Source: Trichoplax sp. H2 (Eukaryota). From it: a stretch of DNA of 20,000 nucleotides. The DNA is taken from the NCBI GenBank assembly GCA_003344405.1, contig NOWV01000266.1, positions 57,887 through 77,886 of the forward strand, written 5' to 3'. This document shows positions 1 to 13,223 of the stretch, in pieces; the stretch's first letter is position 1, and every line of letters starts with the position of its first letter. The notes under the pieces were generated by a model, which had not been told where the DNA came from, searched no databases, and saw nothing but the letters and a program-made list of their open reading frames with translations. The position numbers and the translations under genes are program-made.

Positions 1-34
1 ATAACACAGGAATCGACACTTTCAAATATTTAAC

Positions 35-617
35 CTGATCTTCCATTAGACGATTATCATCTTCTAGAATTTGAAAGAGCTCACCATCAGCATATTCTGT
101 CACAACACATATCTGTAGACATTTAAGAACTTCAGCATGAAACTTAAAAAAGTACGCATACATCATAATTACAGCCCACTTCCAATGTAGTTTAAAATAA
201 ACATTAAAAGAATCCTGTACATTTTGTGAATTAATTAATTATAATTGTTGTAGTATTTTATTATCTACGAATGTCCATATCTTTAATATATCCACAGTAA
301 CATCAATTACCTCCTTATTCGTTTCAAAGGAATCTAGTAAGGCAATAATGTTGTTATGCGATAGATTTCGCATTATCTCTATTTCGCGTCGTAAATTCAT
401 CAGTTCCTTAGTACTGCGTCCAATCTTAGGAATAAATTTCATTGCGACCACCTTGTATATTAAATTATAATTACAATTAAACGATAGGAATTCCCTAATA
501 ATAACATTTACATTTACTACCGTAAATTTTTACCTGACCGGTGTATTTTTTACGTCCTTTAAAGACTTTACCGAACGAGCCCTCCCCTATGATACCAAGA
601 ACATGATAATCGTCCAT
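35..617 (-). CDS. STK36: Serine/threonine kinase 36 (fused) homolog, first three coding exons; the gene continues beyond the left window edge
   Basis: Exons 617-534, 451-311 and 112-35, all GT-AG and phase 0, splice to [101 protein letters not shown]. This closely matches the STK36/fused N-terminal kinase domain (GEGSFG P-loop, VAx[11 protein letters not shown]). Confidence 0.93.
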
Positions 618-1095
618 CGCCTAAATCTAGAGTGGACTATTCATTGCAATTAAAAAAATTAAATTTAAAGCTATTGTTGTAGTTACAATATGCGGTGTGC
701 GACTATGTACGTATAGTAATATACGATTTTAGGCGCATACCGATAAATAATAATTTTAATTTTAATTTATCTATCTATTTATTATAGTGCTATTTACGCG
801 CATGTAACAGACCAGTGGTCTTTGGTATACTGTACAGCCAACAAAGTACTACAATAAAACAAATCGGTAGTTTGACTTAGCTCGAACCTGAATATCTGGA
901 TAAATTTCCTCGAATAAACTGACTCGAACCAAATGAAATGCGAACCAACCAGATCTTGACATTAAATGAGTACTGTATAGCAGTAGATACTGTACTATAC
1001 TTAATTAATTGAAGTTGAAATGATAGTGAAATAGTTATTCACCCGTACACCAACGATGCACAGTCCTTAGAGCTCCGCACTTTCAGCGATTGATA

Positions 1096-1235
1096 ATGTA
1101 CTGTACTGTACGTTTGATACAGTGTACAGTACTGTACAGTACTATACTGTACAGTACAGTACAGTACAGTACAGTACTGTACGTGCAGTACATTAGAAAG
1201 ATGGGAAAATGATACAGTACAGCATACTGTACTGT
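1096..1235. repeat. Palindromic (TACTG/TACAG)n low-complexity array in the STK36/RUFY divergent promoter
   Basis: Runs such as tgtactgtactgtacg and actgtacagtacagtacagtacagtacagtactgtac, with satellite copies at ~970-1000. Confidence 0.9.
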
Positions 1236-1287
1236 TTGTGTTTGTGTTTGTGTTAATAACAAACGAGACAGATTACCGATCCTCAAA

Positions 1288-4200
1288 ATGTCTAGTCCAT
1301 CTCATGCAAGTGATTTTCATCCAATTTATGATGAAGACCATGACTTATCGGTGGCCACACCGGACGATCCTGTTCGATTGATTGAGAGAAGAAACATATT
1401 AAGTTTGTCTAAACTAAGTATTAAATCACTTATTGATGCTTCCCTAAGGATAGGCAGACACCTGGAGAACCCTGATTTTCCACCGCTACTTGAGTTATTT
1501 GTAGCGTTGGAATTACTTTTGCGACACGGCTTGAAAGGTTTGCTAGAATTTCTAAACACTGCATAAAGAGTTTTTGTAATTTATTGTTATAAATAATACT
1601 CCATGCTATTTTACTCGAATTCATGCTGTATTAACATAAGGTAAACGAATGATTCTTGGTCGTCGTAAGGAACCTTGGGATATAATCGAGGCCTACTGTA
1701 AGATTGCTTGTGATGAAGAACTAAATCAAAGCATTCGTAGTTGTAGAAGCCTACCAAGTGTTAGGTATGCAACTAGGATTGTATCGTTTGCTTAATGTTA
1801 ATTGTCAGCCCTATGTGCCCTTAACGCTAGCTTTCCATAACATTAGTTACTTTATTTTAACTTAGATAACCATTTGTTGATATCGGCCACTTACTAATTG
1901 TATTAAGGGTTAAATGATAATTTCGTCCTAAAATCGTGTATCAGATATGTAAAATAAACGCTATTACTATATTATCGTCGTGTAGTAAACACCGCTATTA
2001 CATATGTTGATATCAGAAAGATTTATCGAGATTCGAAGATATAGCGCTATAAATAAATAGGGAATATAACTAAGTCCTTTATCTGCATGAAAAGCGATAT
2101 TTTTATAGAGGCTACTGAAAGAGCTCAAAGGCAACTGTTTAATTCTTCGCAGCATTTTACTAATTAATCAACGTATAATTCACACAAATACTGCGATTTT
2201 GCTAATCATACGCGGTACAGTCTTATAGTATCAAGTTTATTGATGTTATCGACTGTGTGGACGTTTAATTATTTAAAAATCATCGAGACGAATCGGACAA
2301 AAGATGTTATAAATAGTTCCTCATCATTTTAAACTATCTATTTCACACACGTATGCCAAACATTTCCTATATTCAGATCGAATGTAGGTCGATGGCGAGC
2401 TTGGCTTAGAATTGCTTTAATGCAGAAAAAATTATCAACTTACTTCTTAAAAATTATCAATTGTAGAGATAATTTCTTAAGGTAAGCCATAAGCGCCTTC
2501 AAAATTTATATCATAGACAGATGTCTTTTGTCCTTGCCTTCTTCAATACTCTATAAAAATTACTTAGTGTTATATCGATTGCAAATTATTCAGCGAATTT
2601 TATGAAAGCTATGCGACCCTGATGCATGAAGAAAGTTCTGTCATTGCTGGCTTATTGATTGGCCTGAACGTAATTGATATTAATATCCCAATGAAAGGCA
2701 TTAACTTAGACACACAGGTTAAACTTAGCTATCGATAGTTACGATTCCGTTAAGAAATGCCAGCAATAAATTGGCAAAACCCGTGATATAAGTTTTATTA
2801 TTCTAGCCCTTAGTTATTAATTTATCCATGTATTTCAAAGATGAAAATGCTGTAGGATATGAAGGTAGTGAAGATAATAACAGGTAAAACTAGAATTCGA
2901 ACATTACAATTGTAATGTAATTAATCGATCGCCAAAACTTTGTTAAACACATTAATGCTACCGGATACAATGACTAAAGAGCCTTATTTTGTCAAAAATC
3001 ATTACACCTTACTTAGTTGATTGCTTCTCATAGGGAAAACACCGACTATGATGCAATTCTTGATCAAAAGTGTTACTTAGAAGAATTAAATGGGAATTTA
3101 AAGTTCGCTTAATATAGATTTTTTGCTATAAATTTGAAAATATTATTTGTTGCTTTTTCAACTACGTAAACTTACCGCTAAACTTGAAAGATTTCGTAAA
3201 GTATTACTATCGATGTGCAAATATTCCGAATGATTTGTTATGCATGCCAATTCTTTTCCTGTACTGTAGATCAACTATCACAACGCTTACGAAGAAACTA
3301 GATTCTTCAAATCAGTTAACAACGCAAATGAGCAACAATTTAACCATAGCTTTAGCAAAGGGCCAATGTGAGAAAGAACAAAATGAAAAATTGAAGAATA
3401 TAATATCAAATCTCAACAAAGATTTCCAGCAGGCTTCTATGGTAATTTAACCGGTTAATGATGTCATTTCCATATCTACCACATGAATTTAATGTGTATT
3501 TCTGTAGTTCCGAGAACAGTCCTATTAATCGGAAATTAATCACCTTTATCTTCAGAAGCATGAATTGGACCTTGCTGCTGAGAGAAAATCCGCTAATGAA
3601 AGAAAGTATATGCAGATTCTTTAGTCTTATCCTTAAAATCTGTAACAGAATCTTAAATTGCCGAATCGTTCTATTTTTAGAACTAGTCTAGAAGAACTAT
3701 ACGCGAAACTGCAAAAGTCTGTAGAAAATGAAAAGGAATTACGAAATGTAATACAATACGCGATTAATTAAAATTCCATAAAAGTGCGATGATCAGTGTG
3801 TGCTTGACTTATTTTAAAACTCTTAAGTATATTTCTTTTGGCTTTAGCAAGCAGAAGAAAAAATACGCGACCTGTTAAAAACTAAAGAAGAAACCAGTGT
3901 AATAAGACTGAGTACATGTTGCATTTTATATTGCTTTGCGTAGTATTTGTAGATAAGTAGCAATAGCGTATCATTGGTTTAAGAATACAATAATGTAAAT
4001 GATTTGTTATTGTTAATGAGGGGCTGCATGCTGGTCACTTTATCATGATTATCCTTTTCATCAGTCATATCTCCATACTCTATGCTTATTGTACAGTCTT
4101 CTCTAAAAGCAGCATGGCAAAGTATCCATGAAAAAGATGACACAATAAGCGCTTTGAGACAACAGCTCGGTGATGTTAAGCAACTGCTAATTGAATGGCA

Positions 4201-6932
4201 GAGCAAGGTATATATAGAACGAAGATTTATATCTTTGAAAGTACTGTCCCTCCAAAGTAGAGTTAAGATTGACAACCACGTTTAAATCCGCAACCATTTA
4301 GTTAATTATTGATCTTAAGATAGAACAAATTTTGTACCTACTACCAGGATACCAATTCCTCGAGCAAGTCCAATCTAGATCTGATTGACACACTGCAAAG
4401 GAGATGTGATGAAAAAGATGGTATAATACGGGACCTACGATTAACGTAAACAATTACATTCGTATCGTTTTAAGCTATTGTAATTAGCATTGTAGTATTA
4501 TCTAAAACAGAAGTTCTTTAATAGCAAAGAAGCGAATGGTATTGAATTAGAAAAACACACAAAAGCCTCGGAGCAACTAAAATTTCGTCTACAACTGATG
4601 GAAGAACAATGGTTCGGTTGTACTACGCATAATTTACAAAATTGATTCAATTTTTAAACTATTTATATTCGAAGCAATTGACTTATTGCTTGCTACATCT
4701 GTTAGCTCAAGCTTGCAATCAGAACTAACTCAGCAGTTGCAGGAGAGAAATGATATTCAGGTATAGTGTACTACAGAATTATTCGTGGTACAAAAGTTTA
4801 CAGCTTCACTGTCACTCCATATAAATCATCTATATTTTCTTGCTTTGAATTAGCTAAATTCATAAATTTTTCAAGTAGCTTTTTGCAAAAATAATTTATC
4901 TAAATGGATTTAATTTAAAAGGCAACCCTTGCCGATTTGCAGAAAGAAAACGAAATTCTGCGTGACAGTCAACGGAAACTAAACAAAGATAAATCTGTGC
5001 GTTTTAACGGTTCAAATACCATAGATATTTAATTAGTCACCACGATTATGTTCTTAATCAGATTTCCGACTTTCTTCAAAATTACGAACTCTTATTAGAA
5101 AATGAATGAACTAGAACAAAAATGTAAGGAATTACAAAAGAATTACGAAGAGCGTGAGCTCGTAAGTAAACTGGTAAAAATTATACCAGCAAAACGTATA
5201 TGTAACCATGAGTATCTGTTGTAATTGCACGAACCGTAGGTATTCATTGCACTCTTTAGTAATTCTTTCTTTCTTATGTCATTCTCACACCCTCTAAGGA
5301 ATGATCTTGATATAATCAGACAAGTACAGTTACAGCAACATCATCAATACGGATGTGCAAACATGTAAAATAGTGCTCTTAATTCAATTCTCTATATTCT
5401 CGGTTGTTTCTCAAAGTCTCAGCTAAACGTTTTAAAATATACTAAATATTGCCATCAGAATACTAGGCACTCATGTAGTTAGACGGTAGAGCCAGCAAAT
5501 AAAATCATTCAGCTAAGCCGTAACCATGACTAATGCCGATAATACTATAGTATGTACAATCACTTGACCGTAAAAAATGTTTCATGAATTATGCAATAAT
5601 TAACATATTATTTATAAGAAAAGCCTTTCAAAACAAATTAAGTTTATTTAAAATTAAGTGCTATACAATATGACTTGTACTATGATATTCTATAAGCATT
5701 TAAATACGTAATTATATACATTGTAGTATACCCCGTACTATATTGATAGGTCTTACGCGATTTCTTTAGTAATAAAACCAATCAAAGCAGAAATTATTAT
5801 GATTGCGTCATTCTTTAAATAATGCAGACGTACGTCTAGATTAATGTTTGAGTAGATTATCTGCTACTATATAATTTAAATCAATCCAATTCACTCTTCA
5901 TAATTAAAACCAGGCCCTAATAGAAATGGGAGAACATTTAAGCAAGTAAGTATTTATGGCGGCGCATCTTATACTACTCGTATTTAAAATTTGTTTCGCT
6001 ATCGCTTATTCGCATTTTCTTTTTCAAATTCTTTTTAAGAGCACACTTAAAAGCCTCAGACTATAAAGAAGTATCAAAAGCATTTTCGGTAAGGAGCGCC
6101 TAAGAAGTACGCTTCTCAGATGAAATAGCGTAACTCTGTCTCAAATACTGTGATTTATTATATTTTGTGCACGAGATTAAAATCTTATAATACTTATAAA
6201 CGACACCGTCAAATTCTACAATTAGACTGAATATCATATTACAATATACGCACAAAGCACTGAGGTATTTCTCAACGAGATCTACAGTCCGTTTCACTGA
6301 GTGTTAGAGCTAAAATACGAGCTGTAACCTTCGCATTATCTTCAATAAATTAGAAACTATATATTGTAGGATAAAGCTACTACAGTCTACAGATAAGTTG
6401 GAAATCGTCCTTTATTTGCATCTAAATTTATTTTTATGCCTTAGAGTACAAATATGCCTGTTTGTCATTCAAACAGATAAATAGCGACTTTCAGGGAGAT
6501 ATTCCGCATTTGTAAATCATGGTGTAAATCATTACGAACGTCACTTTGTACTTAAAGAGTCAATACTCTGTAATGTTATAATCTTCAGTATTAAGGTTAA
6601 CGGGAGGCATATTACTACCATATTTGCGGTCTAGGAAAGCGTCTGGATTGACGATAAAGCAATCTCTGATTGTCAGCAATGTAAAAAATCCTTTAGTGTT
6701 TCAAGGAGAAAGGTAAGCCTAAACGTTAGAAAAGTACAGGGCCGAAATCTATTTTCTAAATTAGATGTATCTTCAATCACAGCACCATTGCCGTCACTGT
6801 GGTGGAGTTTTTTGTGGAAATTGTTCTGATAATAATATGCCGCTACCATCGTCTGCGAAGCCAGTTCGCGTATGCGACGCCTGTTACACGTTTTTACTGA
6901 CGCGATATAATGCCTCAGCAAAACGAGAATAA
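1288..6932 (+). CDS. RUFY: RUN and FYVE domain-containing protein (RUFY1/2-like), 20 exons, ~628 aa
   Basis: Exons 1288-1537, 1641-1764, 2377-2481, 2594-2717, 2807-2883, 3034-3102, 3270-3441, 3556-3605, 3681-3747, 3848-3898, 4097-4207, 4348-4445, 4525-4611, 4706-4760, 4922-4996, 5099-5161, 5914-5945, 6040-6088, 6635-6712, 6783-6932 are frame-consistent. RUN motifs LLRHGLK, GRWRAWLRIALMQKKL and SEFYE..GLLIGLNVID; RUFY signatures ILDQKCYLEELN and IHEKDDTISALRQQL; FYVE WIDD..CQQCKKSFSVSRRKHHCRHCGGVFCGNCS..VRVCDAC. The coiled-coil exon boundaries are less certain. Confidence 0.93.
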
Positions 6933-7486
6933 AATCAAATTGGCACATCAACCAGAAAGCCTGATTGCTCTTGCTAAGTTCCAAGACTCATGGAATTGGT
7001 AATTACTGTACCAGCAGCAATTTCACTATAAAAACATGACTCAATTCTGTATGGTACTTAAAATGTTTTGCAACAATATAAGAAAATGATTGGTCTGTTC
7101 TTTGACAAGTATTAATAATAAATGTACTTTAGCTAGAACAGCAGTAAGTTCCTTACAATCATACAGTATTATACCATATTAGACATACTCCATGCAATAA
7201 AACAGTAAATTTCCTTTTAAATTTCTGAAAATGTGCTTTATGATTAAACTTGTACTTGACAACCAGCTGATCACTAAATATCTCAAATGGTACAAATACT
7301 TGCCAAACAGCGATTTCTACGTTCAAAAGATCGTAAAATTTCATGATGTAACTATAGTATTTTATATATCAAAAATAACAAATAAATGTACTAATACTAC
7401 GCTAAACCTGTACGATAAATATACCCAAATAATATTTGAAATACCTAATAGTAACACGAAATATACATGTAGATATAATAAAATTA

Positions 7487-7515
7487 ATCCCTGCGAAGCG
7501 GTAAAGGGGACTAGT
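7487..7515 (+). mobile_element. Helitron-like 3' terminus (GCGAAGC mini-hairpin + CTAG-T)
   Basis: CTGC-GAA-GCGG hairpin (7491-7501), a 9-nt spacer, then CTAG (7511-7514) followed by T, forming a GC-rich island in AT-rich intergenic DNA. No 5' end identified. Confidence 0.35.
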
Positions 7516-7718
7516 TGTATCTAATCAAAGCCTTGTATCAAGTTTCTTTGCTGAATTTATACTAAAATTTCATCAAAAACATCCATATCCCAAATTACAG
7601 TAATTAGTACATGAGCATAGCAAGAACTCAGAATCAATTGCCAGTAGTTATCATTGAAATAGTTTCATCGTCTTTATTGCAAATAATACTGTGTTATTAC
7701 TTTACAGAAATTACTACA

Positions 7719-9151
<1,433 letters not shown>

Positions 9152-9596
9152 GTTTCTCTTTTCTACCTAGACATAAAATTTTCAAAAGGATACTTTACTA
9201 TGCTGTCCTCAAATAAATTCTAATTTTTACTATCTAGGATTAGATAGCCCTCATCATCAAGCATTAAAAGACGAAATCGTAACGTAAATCGCAGAGATTG
9301 TGCAAGAGCACATAGACAATCCGCATATATTATCTTATAAGTACTAAACTTGCAGACATAAAGTTATAAAGTACAAACACATCATGTAAAAGAACTACAC
9401 TATGCGAACTGTTTCAACACACTTGACAAATATCATAAAAATACGATAAAATATCCGGTAAAACATATCCTTTTCGCATACAATCAATCGAAATTTATAT
9501 AAATTAGCAAAAACCAGTAATTCTCTCAAATAATCAGCCTTAAATAAGGACGGATGCAGTCAGATATCTAATCGATAGCGGGTAGCTGTACCTCAC

Positions 9597-9650
9597 CTTG
9601 ATAAAATTTTGTCAGAGACCTTGGAAACAAGCTTGCAAGGTAGAAAATAC
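9597..9650 (-). promoter_or_regulatory. Probable non-coding first exon of RPS14 with pyrimidine-rich (TCT/5'TOP-like) start
   Basis: The minus strand has a strong donor AAG|GTGAG at 9597/9596 and an acceptor ctag| at 9167/9166, with the exon beginning 15 nt before the ATG. Upstream on the minus strand is TTTTCTACCTT (~9637-9647), typical of ribosomal protein transcription starts. The exact TSS is inferred. Confidence 0.6.
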
Positions 9651-9682
9651 TCGCGCTCGAAGCTGTGCAGTTACTTGGAATA

Positions 9683-9897
9683 CGTAGTACAGTACTGTAC
9701 ACTGTACAGTATGGACTGTAAAAACATATTTGTACAGTATGGATCACACGTGCACTTCCTGTCGAGTTCTAATGTACAGTACTGTATTGGTAGATACCGT
9801 ACTTTACTGTACTTTACAGTACACTGTATTGTACACTGTACACTTACACTGTACTGTACACTGTACTGTACAGTACAGTACAGTACAGTACAGTACA
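9683..9897. repeat. Palindromic (TACTG/TACAG)n array in the RPS14/BUD23 divergent promoter (left block)
   Basis: gtacagtactgtacactgtacagt ... ctgtactgtacagtacagtacagtacagtacagtac. It produces the spurious YCTVQYS-type ORFs on both strands. Confidence 0.9.
9747..9761. promoter_or_regulatory. Adjacent canonical E-box (CACGTG) and ETS-type site (ACTTCCTG) ~100 bp upstream of the inferred RPS14 TSS
   Basis: CACGTG at 9747-9752 and ACTTCCTG at 9754-9761 interrupt the TACTGTAC array. Function is inferred. Confidence 0.4.
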
Positions 9898-9905
9898 ACG
9901 ATTAA

Positions 9906-10075
9906 GTTTGCAATGAAGTGGGTAATGGACCTGCTTGCGTTCAGAAATATTTCTACGATCATGATGAACAAATTCGATTTCGACTTGAGCGACAGGGAGT
10001 CAGACCTTCGGAAGAAGCAATCGAAATAGACATTTATCTACGTTTAATGACTATGCTCGATAACGCTCCACAAAT
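9906..10075 (+). mobile_element. Putative decayed Helitron Rep/helicase N-terminal coding fragment
   Basis: Stop-free frame with no ATG start reads VCNEVGNGPACVQKYFYDHDEQIRFRLERQGVRPSEEAIEIDIYLRLMTMLDNAPQ. This resembles, from memory, the Helitron pre-Rep motif P-x-F/Y-A-Q-L/I-Y-F/I-Y-D...R...I...L..ML...NP. Not verified by a search. Confidence 0.45.
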
Positions 10076-10107
10076 AGACTGTATACAGTACATAAAACAC
10101 ATTCATG

Positions 10108-10325
10108 AAATAAAAGCATCACTCAGCTTACAAATGGAGCGATATAAAACGTTACTCTGCGTATGAAACTACTCCGTGAATTATAAAAACATCACTCGGC
10201 TTATAAAATTCTAACTTCTACAGTACTGTATATAAAAATAGAAATGCGCATGGAGTGAGACTACTGCATACTGTAAATATAAAAAACATAATAAACATCA
10301 CTCGAGAAATAAAAATGTTACTTTA
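10108..10325 (+). repeat. Degenerate ~20-bp minisatellite, consensus about WATAAAA(N)CATYACTC
   Basis: Copies near 10109 (aataaaagcatcactcagc), 10143 (tataaaacgttactctgc), 10162 (tatgaaactactcc), 10182 (tataaaaacatcactcggc), 10202 (tataaaattctaacttc), 10290 (aataaacatcactcgag) and 10308 (aataaaaatgttacttt). The exact 12-mer AAACATCACTCG occurs at 10187 and 10293. Confidence 0.6.
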
Positions 10326-10356
10326 GTACAAAAAGGCCGTTGGCTCTTAGACCACT

Positions 10357-10492
10357 ATACTGTACTGTACGCGTACCGCACTTGTAATACTGTACTGTAC
10401 AGTACACTGTGCAGTCAGTACTATGGACTTCTAGTGTGCGCCTATCTACAGTAGTAGTCCATGACAGAAATAACCACCTACAGTACTGTAGT
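10357..10492. repeat. Palindromic (TACTG/TACAG)n array in the RPS14/BUD23 divergent promoter (right block)
   Basis: atactgtactgtacg, tactgtactgtacagtacactgtgcagtcagtac and tacagtactgtag. Confidence 0.8.
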
Positions 10493-10597
10493 GTTCTAAA
10501 GGAAACTTTCAAGGTTAAACTACTTGTACTCAATAATAAAATACAGTAAAATAAAATTAAAATTAATTAATCTTAAATCAAATTTGCGCTAATCAAA

Positions 10598-13223
10598 ATG
10601 CCCAGGCCCGAACATGGTGGACCACCAGAATTGGTATAAAATTTTAGCGTTCTTTTAACCACGAATCGTGCGTGGTTGTAGACAGCCGCTTATTGCTTTT
10701 TGCTTTGACTGATTAAGACTGATGTCTAGCAGCAAGTTTATGTCAGTATAATATCACTATTTCTGTAATAGCGGCAAATGTAGATTAACCTCTAACATTT
10801 TAGTATACTGTAATGTACGGTAGTGAAAAGCATATCTACATACTGAGATGATATTTAGAAAGTTCGACGATTTTAATGACTGCATTTTTTTCAATTCGTC
10901 ATTGCTCATCATTAGCCTGTAATTCGCTATTTTACGATTATTATACGGTACAGTATATTATAAATTTTTTCACTTAGACTCTATAGTACTGTACATTACT
11001 TGGAGAGTTCTTAGGAGAAATTGTGATCTTCTTTTATTGTAGTACTATAACGAAAGAGAATCCACGAAGTATACTAACAAGTAAGAAGTGCTATTGGAAT
11101 TAAACATGTCATGAACTTACTATAGTTTGAAATACGCGTATTTATTTCACGTACTTCAGTTCAAGAGTTATTGATGTCCAATTTCGAATGAGTGAGAGAG
11201 CAATGGAATTGTTGTCCTTACCATCGGGACAACCCTCATTGATTTTAGACGTCGGGTAAGAGCAAATGCCTAACGTAAACTGTATAAAATACTTTGTATA
11301 AGTCATAATGTAAAGTAACTAGTTACCTTTAAAATTATAAGTATCAAGTTTCGATAACCTATTGAACGTTGTTGTATTCATTTGGATAGATGCGGATCTG
11401 GCTTAAGCGGCGAAATTATCTCGGAAATGGGTCATTTCTGGATTGGGTTAGATATAAGTAAAGCTATGCTCGGTAAGCGGATGTTTCATGATAATGCTAT
11501 CAAATTCCTGTAGAATCCTAAGTTCGAATTGGGTAAATCCTGTCTCATTAGTATATTCCTGTATGCCCTCAATATACTGTACGTACAGTGCTGTACAGTA
11601 AATGGAACGTTTGTGCCACTGCTAATAAGAGAATCCATTTTAGCATGAGCACTTCCGGTTAACATCCGCTGCTAGATATTATTAAGATATACTATCCAAG
11701 AATTGGCATTAATTGAAATTTTTAAGATACAGTATAGACGAACTATCCCTAAATTCAATAATAATCTTCGATAAATCAATAGTACTTCAAGTTAAAATAA
11801 TACGAACTTTAGCTTAATGCTCCGATTTTCGTTACTAAACGTTAGATGTTGCTGCTTGGAGAGAAGTAAATGGCGATCTATTCTTACAAGACATGGGAGA
11901 CGGAATTGGTTTTCGACCTGGCACGTTCGATGGTGTCATCAGGTACACCGGAGTAATCGTAATTTTGGGATGATAAGTTCAAACATCGTCAACGAGAATA
12001 CATTATGATAATGTACTATATTTTTCAAACAAATTCAAATCTTAAGCATTTCCGCTATACAATGGCTTTGCAACGCAAATAAGAAACATCACAGACCAGC
12101 CCATCGTTTATATCGCTTTTTCTGCAGTCTTTATATCGCAATGGTATGAGGTGTACATATGCTTATGCACGTATATTTTGCAATATTTGATGTTAGTCAT
12201 AGTACGGCATAAGAAAAAATCTTTTGAATAGGCAACCTAGCCATGACTATCGTATTGAATATATATCATTCAATAGGCTAGGGGCGCCCGTGCTGTTTTT
12301 CAGCTATATCCAGAAAACTCTGAACAGGTTTTGAATTTTTTATTTAAGATAATACTACTAGTAACCTTGCTCCAATATATGACTCATTCCTGCGACGATA
12401 TTTTTGCTATCTTCAACTACGTATTACCAATAAATACGAGTATAGCTAGAACTGATCACTACAGCAGCAATGAAAGCTGGTTTTACGGGCGGTATAACTG
12501 TTGACTATCCAAACAGCACCAGAGCTAAAAAGTTAATTGATAATTGTGAATTACAGAAAATTTAATGGATGTTAAGAAATTTTCAATTTATTTTAGGATG
12601 TTCCTATGCTTATTCACTGGACAAACTGCAGCAGCTCAGTTACCTCAGGTCAAAGTTCTATATTTAACAATTAATACTCTTTACGATGGTGATAACTAAT
12701 TAATAATAAACCTACTATAAAATTTGATAGATAACTTTTGAAGACATTTTTTGACTTAATTATATTATTTGACAGGCTTAAATGTAACACATCTTTATAT
12801 ATAATTATCAGGGCTTGGATACTACCTTTAGTCCGATCGCGAATGTAGTACAATTTACAAATGAAAGGTTTGAGTGTATTAATATTGTATTAGTAAATAC
12901 CGTAAATTTGATACGAATAAATTGCGTAGATTTTCTGGTAGTAAAAACAAGCTAGCAGCACCAGCACATGCAAGAAAGAAAAGTAGAGATTGGATTCTTC
13001 ATAAGAAGCAGAGACGGCGAAGGCAGGGCTTGTAAGTATTGTCTATGTTTTTGTAAAATTAAACTTCATCCTCCATTAACACTGAAGATCTGCAGCTACT
13101 TAGCAGACTTGACAAGATTGGTATCTTATGCTGAAAACTTATATGCGTAATCTCTTTTATATTTATAGCGAAATTCGCGCCGATTCTAAATACACCGGTC
13201 GTCGAAGAAAACATAAATTTTAA
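10598..13223 (+). CDS. BUD23: 18S rRNA (guanine-N7)-methyltransferase Bud23/WBSCR22, 12 exons, ~282 aa
   Basis: Exons 10598-10633, 11043-11080, 11160-11255, 11390-11472, 11846-11942, 12047-12143, 12277-12327, 12446-12531, 12597-12648, 12812-12867, 12930-13031, 13169-13223 (849 nt). Motifs [30 protein letters not shown]-binding [58 protein letters not shown], and C-terminal [27 protein letters not shown]. Confidence 0.97.

Noticed and set aside
1096..1235. Possible CRISPR-like repeat array
   Set aside because: Eukaryotic context and simple pentamer repeats without unique spacers.
1901..1913. AAGGG-TTAA resembling a piggyBac-type terminus in a RUFY intron
   Set aside because: No matching TTAA-CCCTT left end was found.
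1326..7524. Antisense or off-frame ORFs over RUFY and the following intergenic region (e.g. 1326-1559, 3979-4275, 6673-6984, 7231-7524)
   Set aside because: They are shadows of real exons or AT-rich chance ORFs with no recognisable motifs.
9184..9193. GTATCCTTTT (U12-type 5' splice-site consensus) on the minus strand in the RPS14 5'UTR intron
   Set aside because: It lies ~26 nt upstream of a U2-type acceptor, no downstream TCCTTAAC branch point was found, and the gene model needs no minor intron. Likely chance.
9229..9257. GGATTAGATAGCCC resembling the SSU rRNA GGATTAGATACCC motif, a CTATCTA/TAGATAG hairpin and a box C-like ATGATGA on the minus strand
   Set aside because: No flanking rRNA similarity and no canonical CTGA D box before the acceptor. 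Too short to support.
9609..10029. ORFs 9609-9905(+), 9671-9898(-), 9730-10029(+) and similar ones at 1083-1286, 10318-10533, 18531-18743 and 19148-19330
   Set aside because: Tyr/Cys/Thr/Val/Gln/Ser-rich translations are artefacts of the stop-poor TACTG/CAGTA repeat, not proteins.
10328..10365. Minus-strand GTATAGTGGTCTAAG...TTTTT resembling a tRNA D-arm/A-box plus a Pol III terminator
   Set aside because: No B-box, T-arm or cloverleaf.
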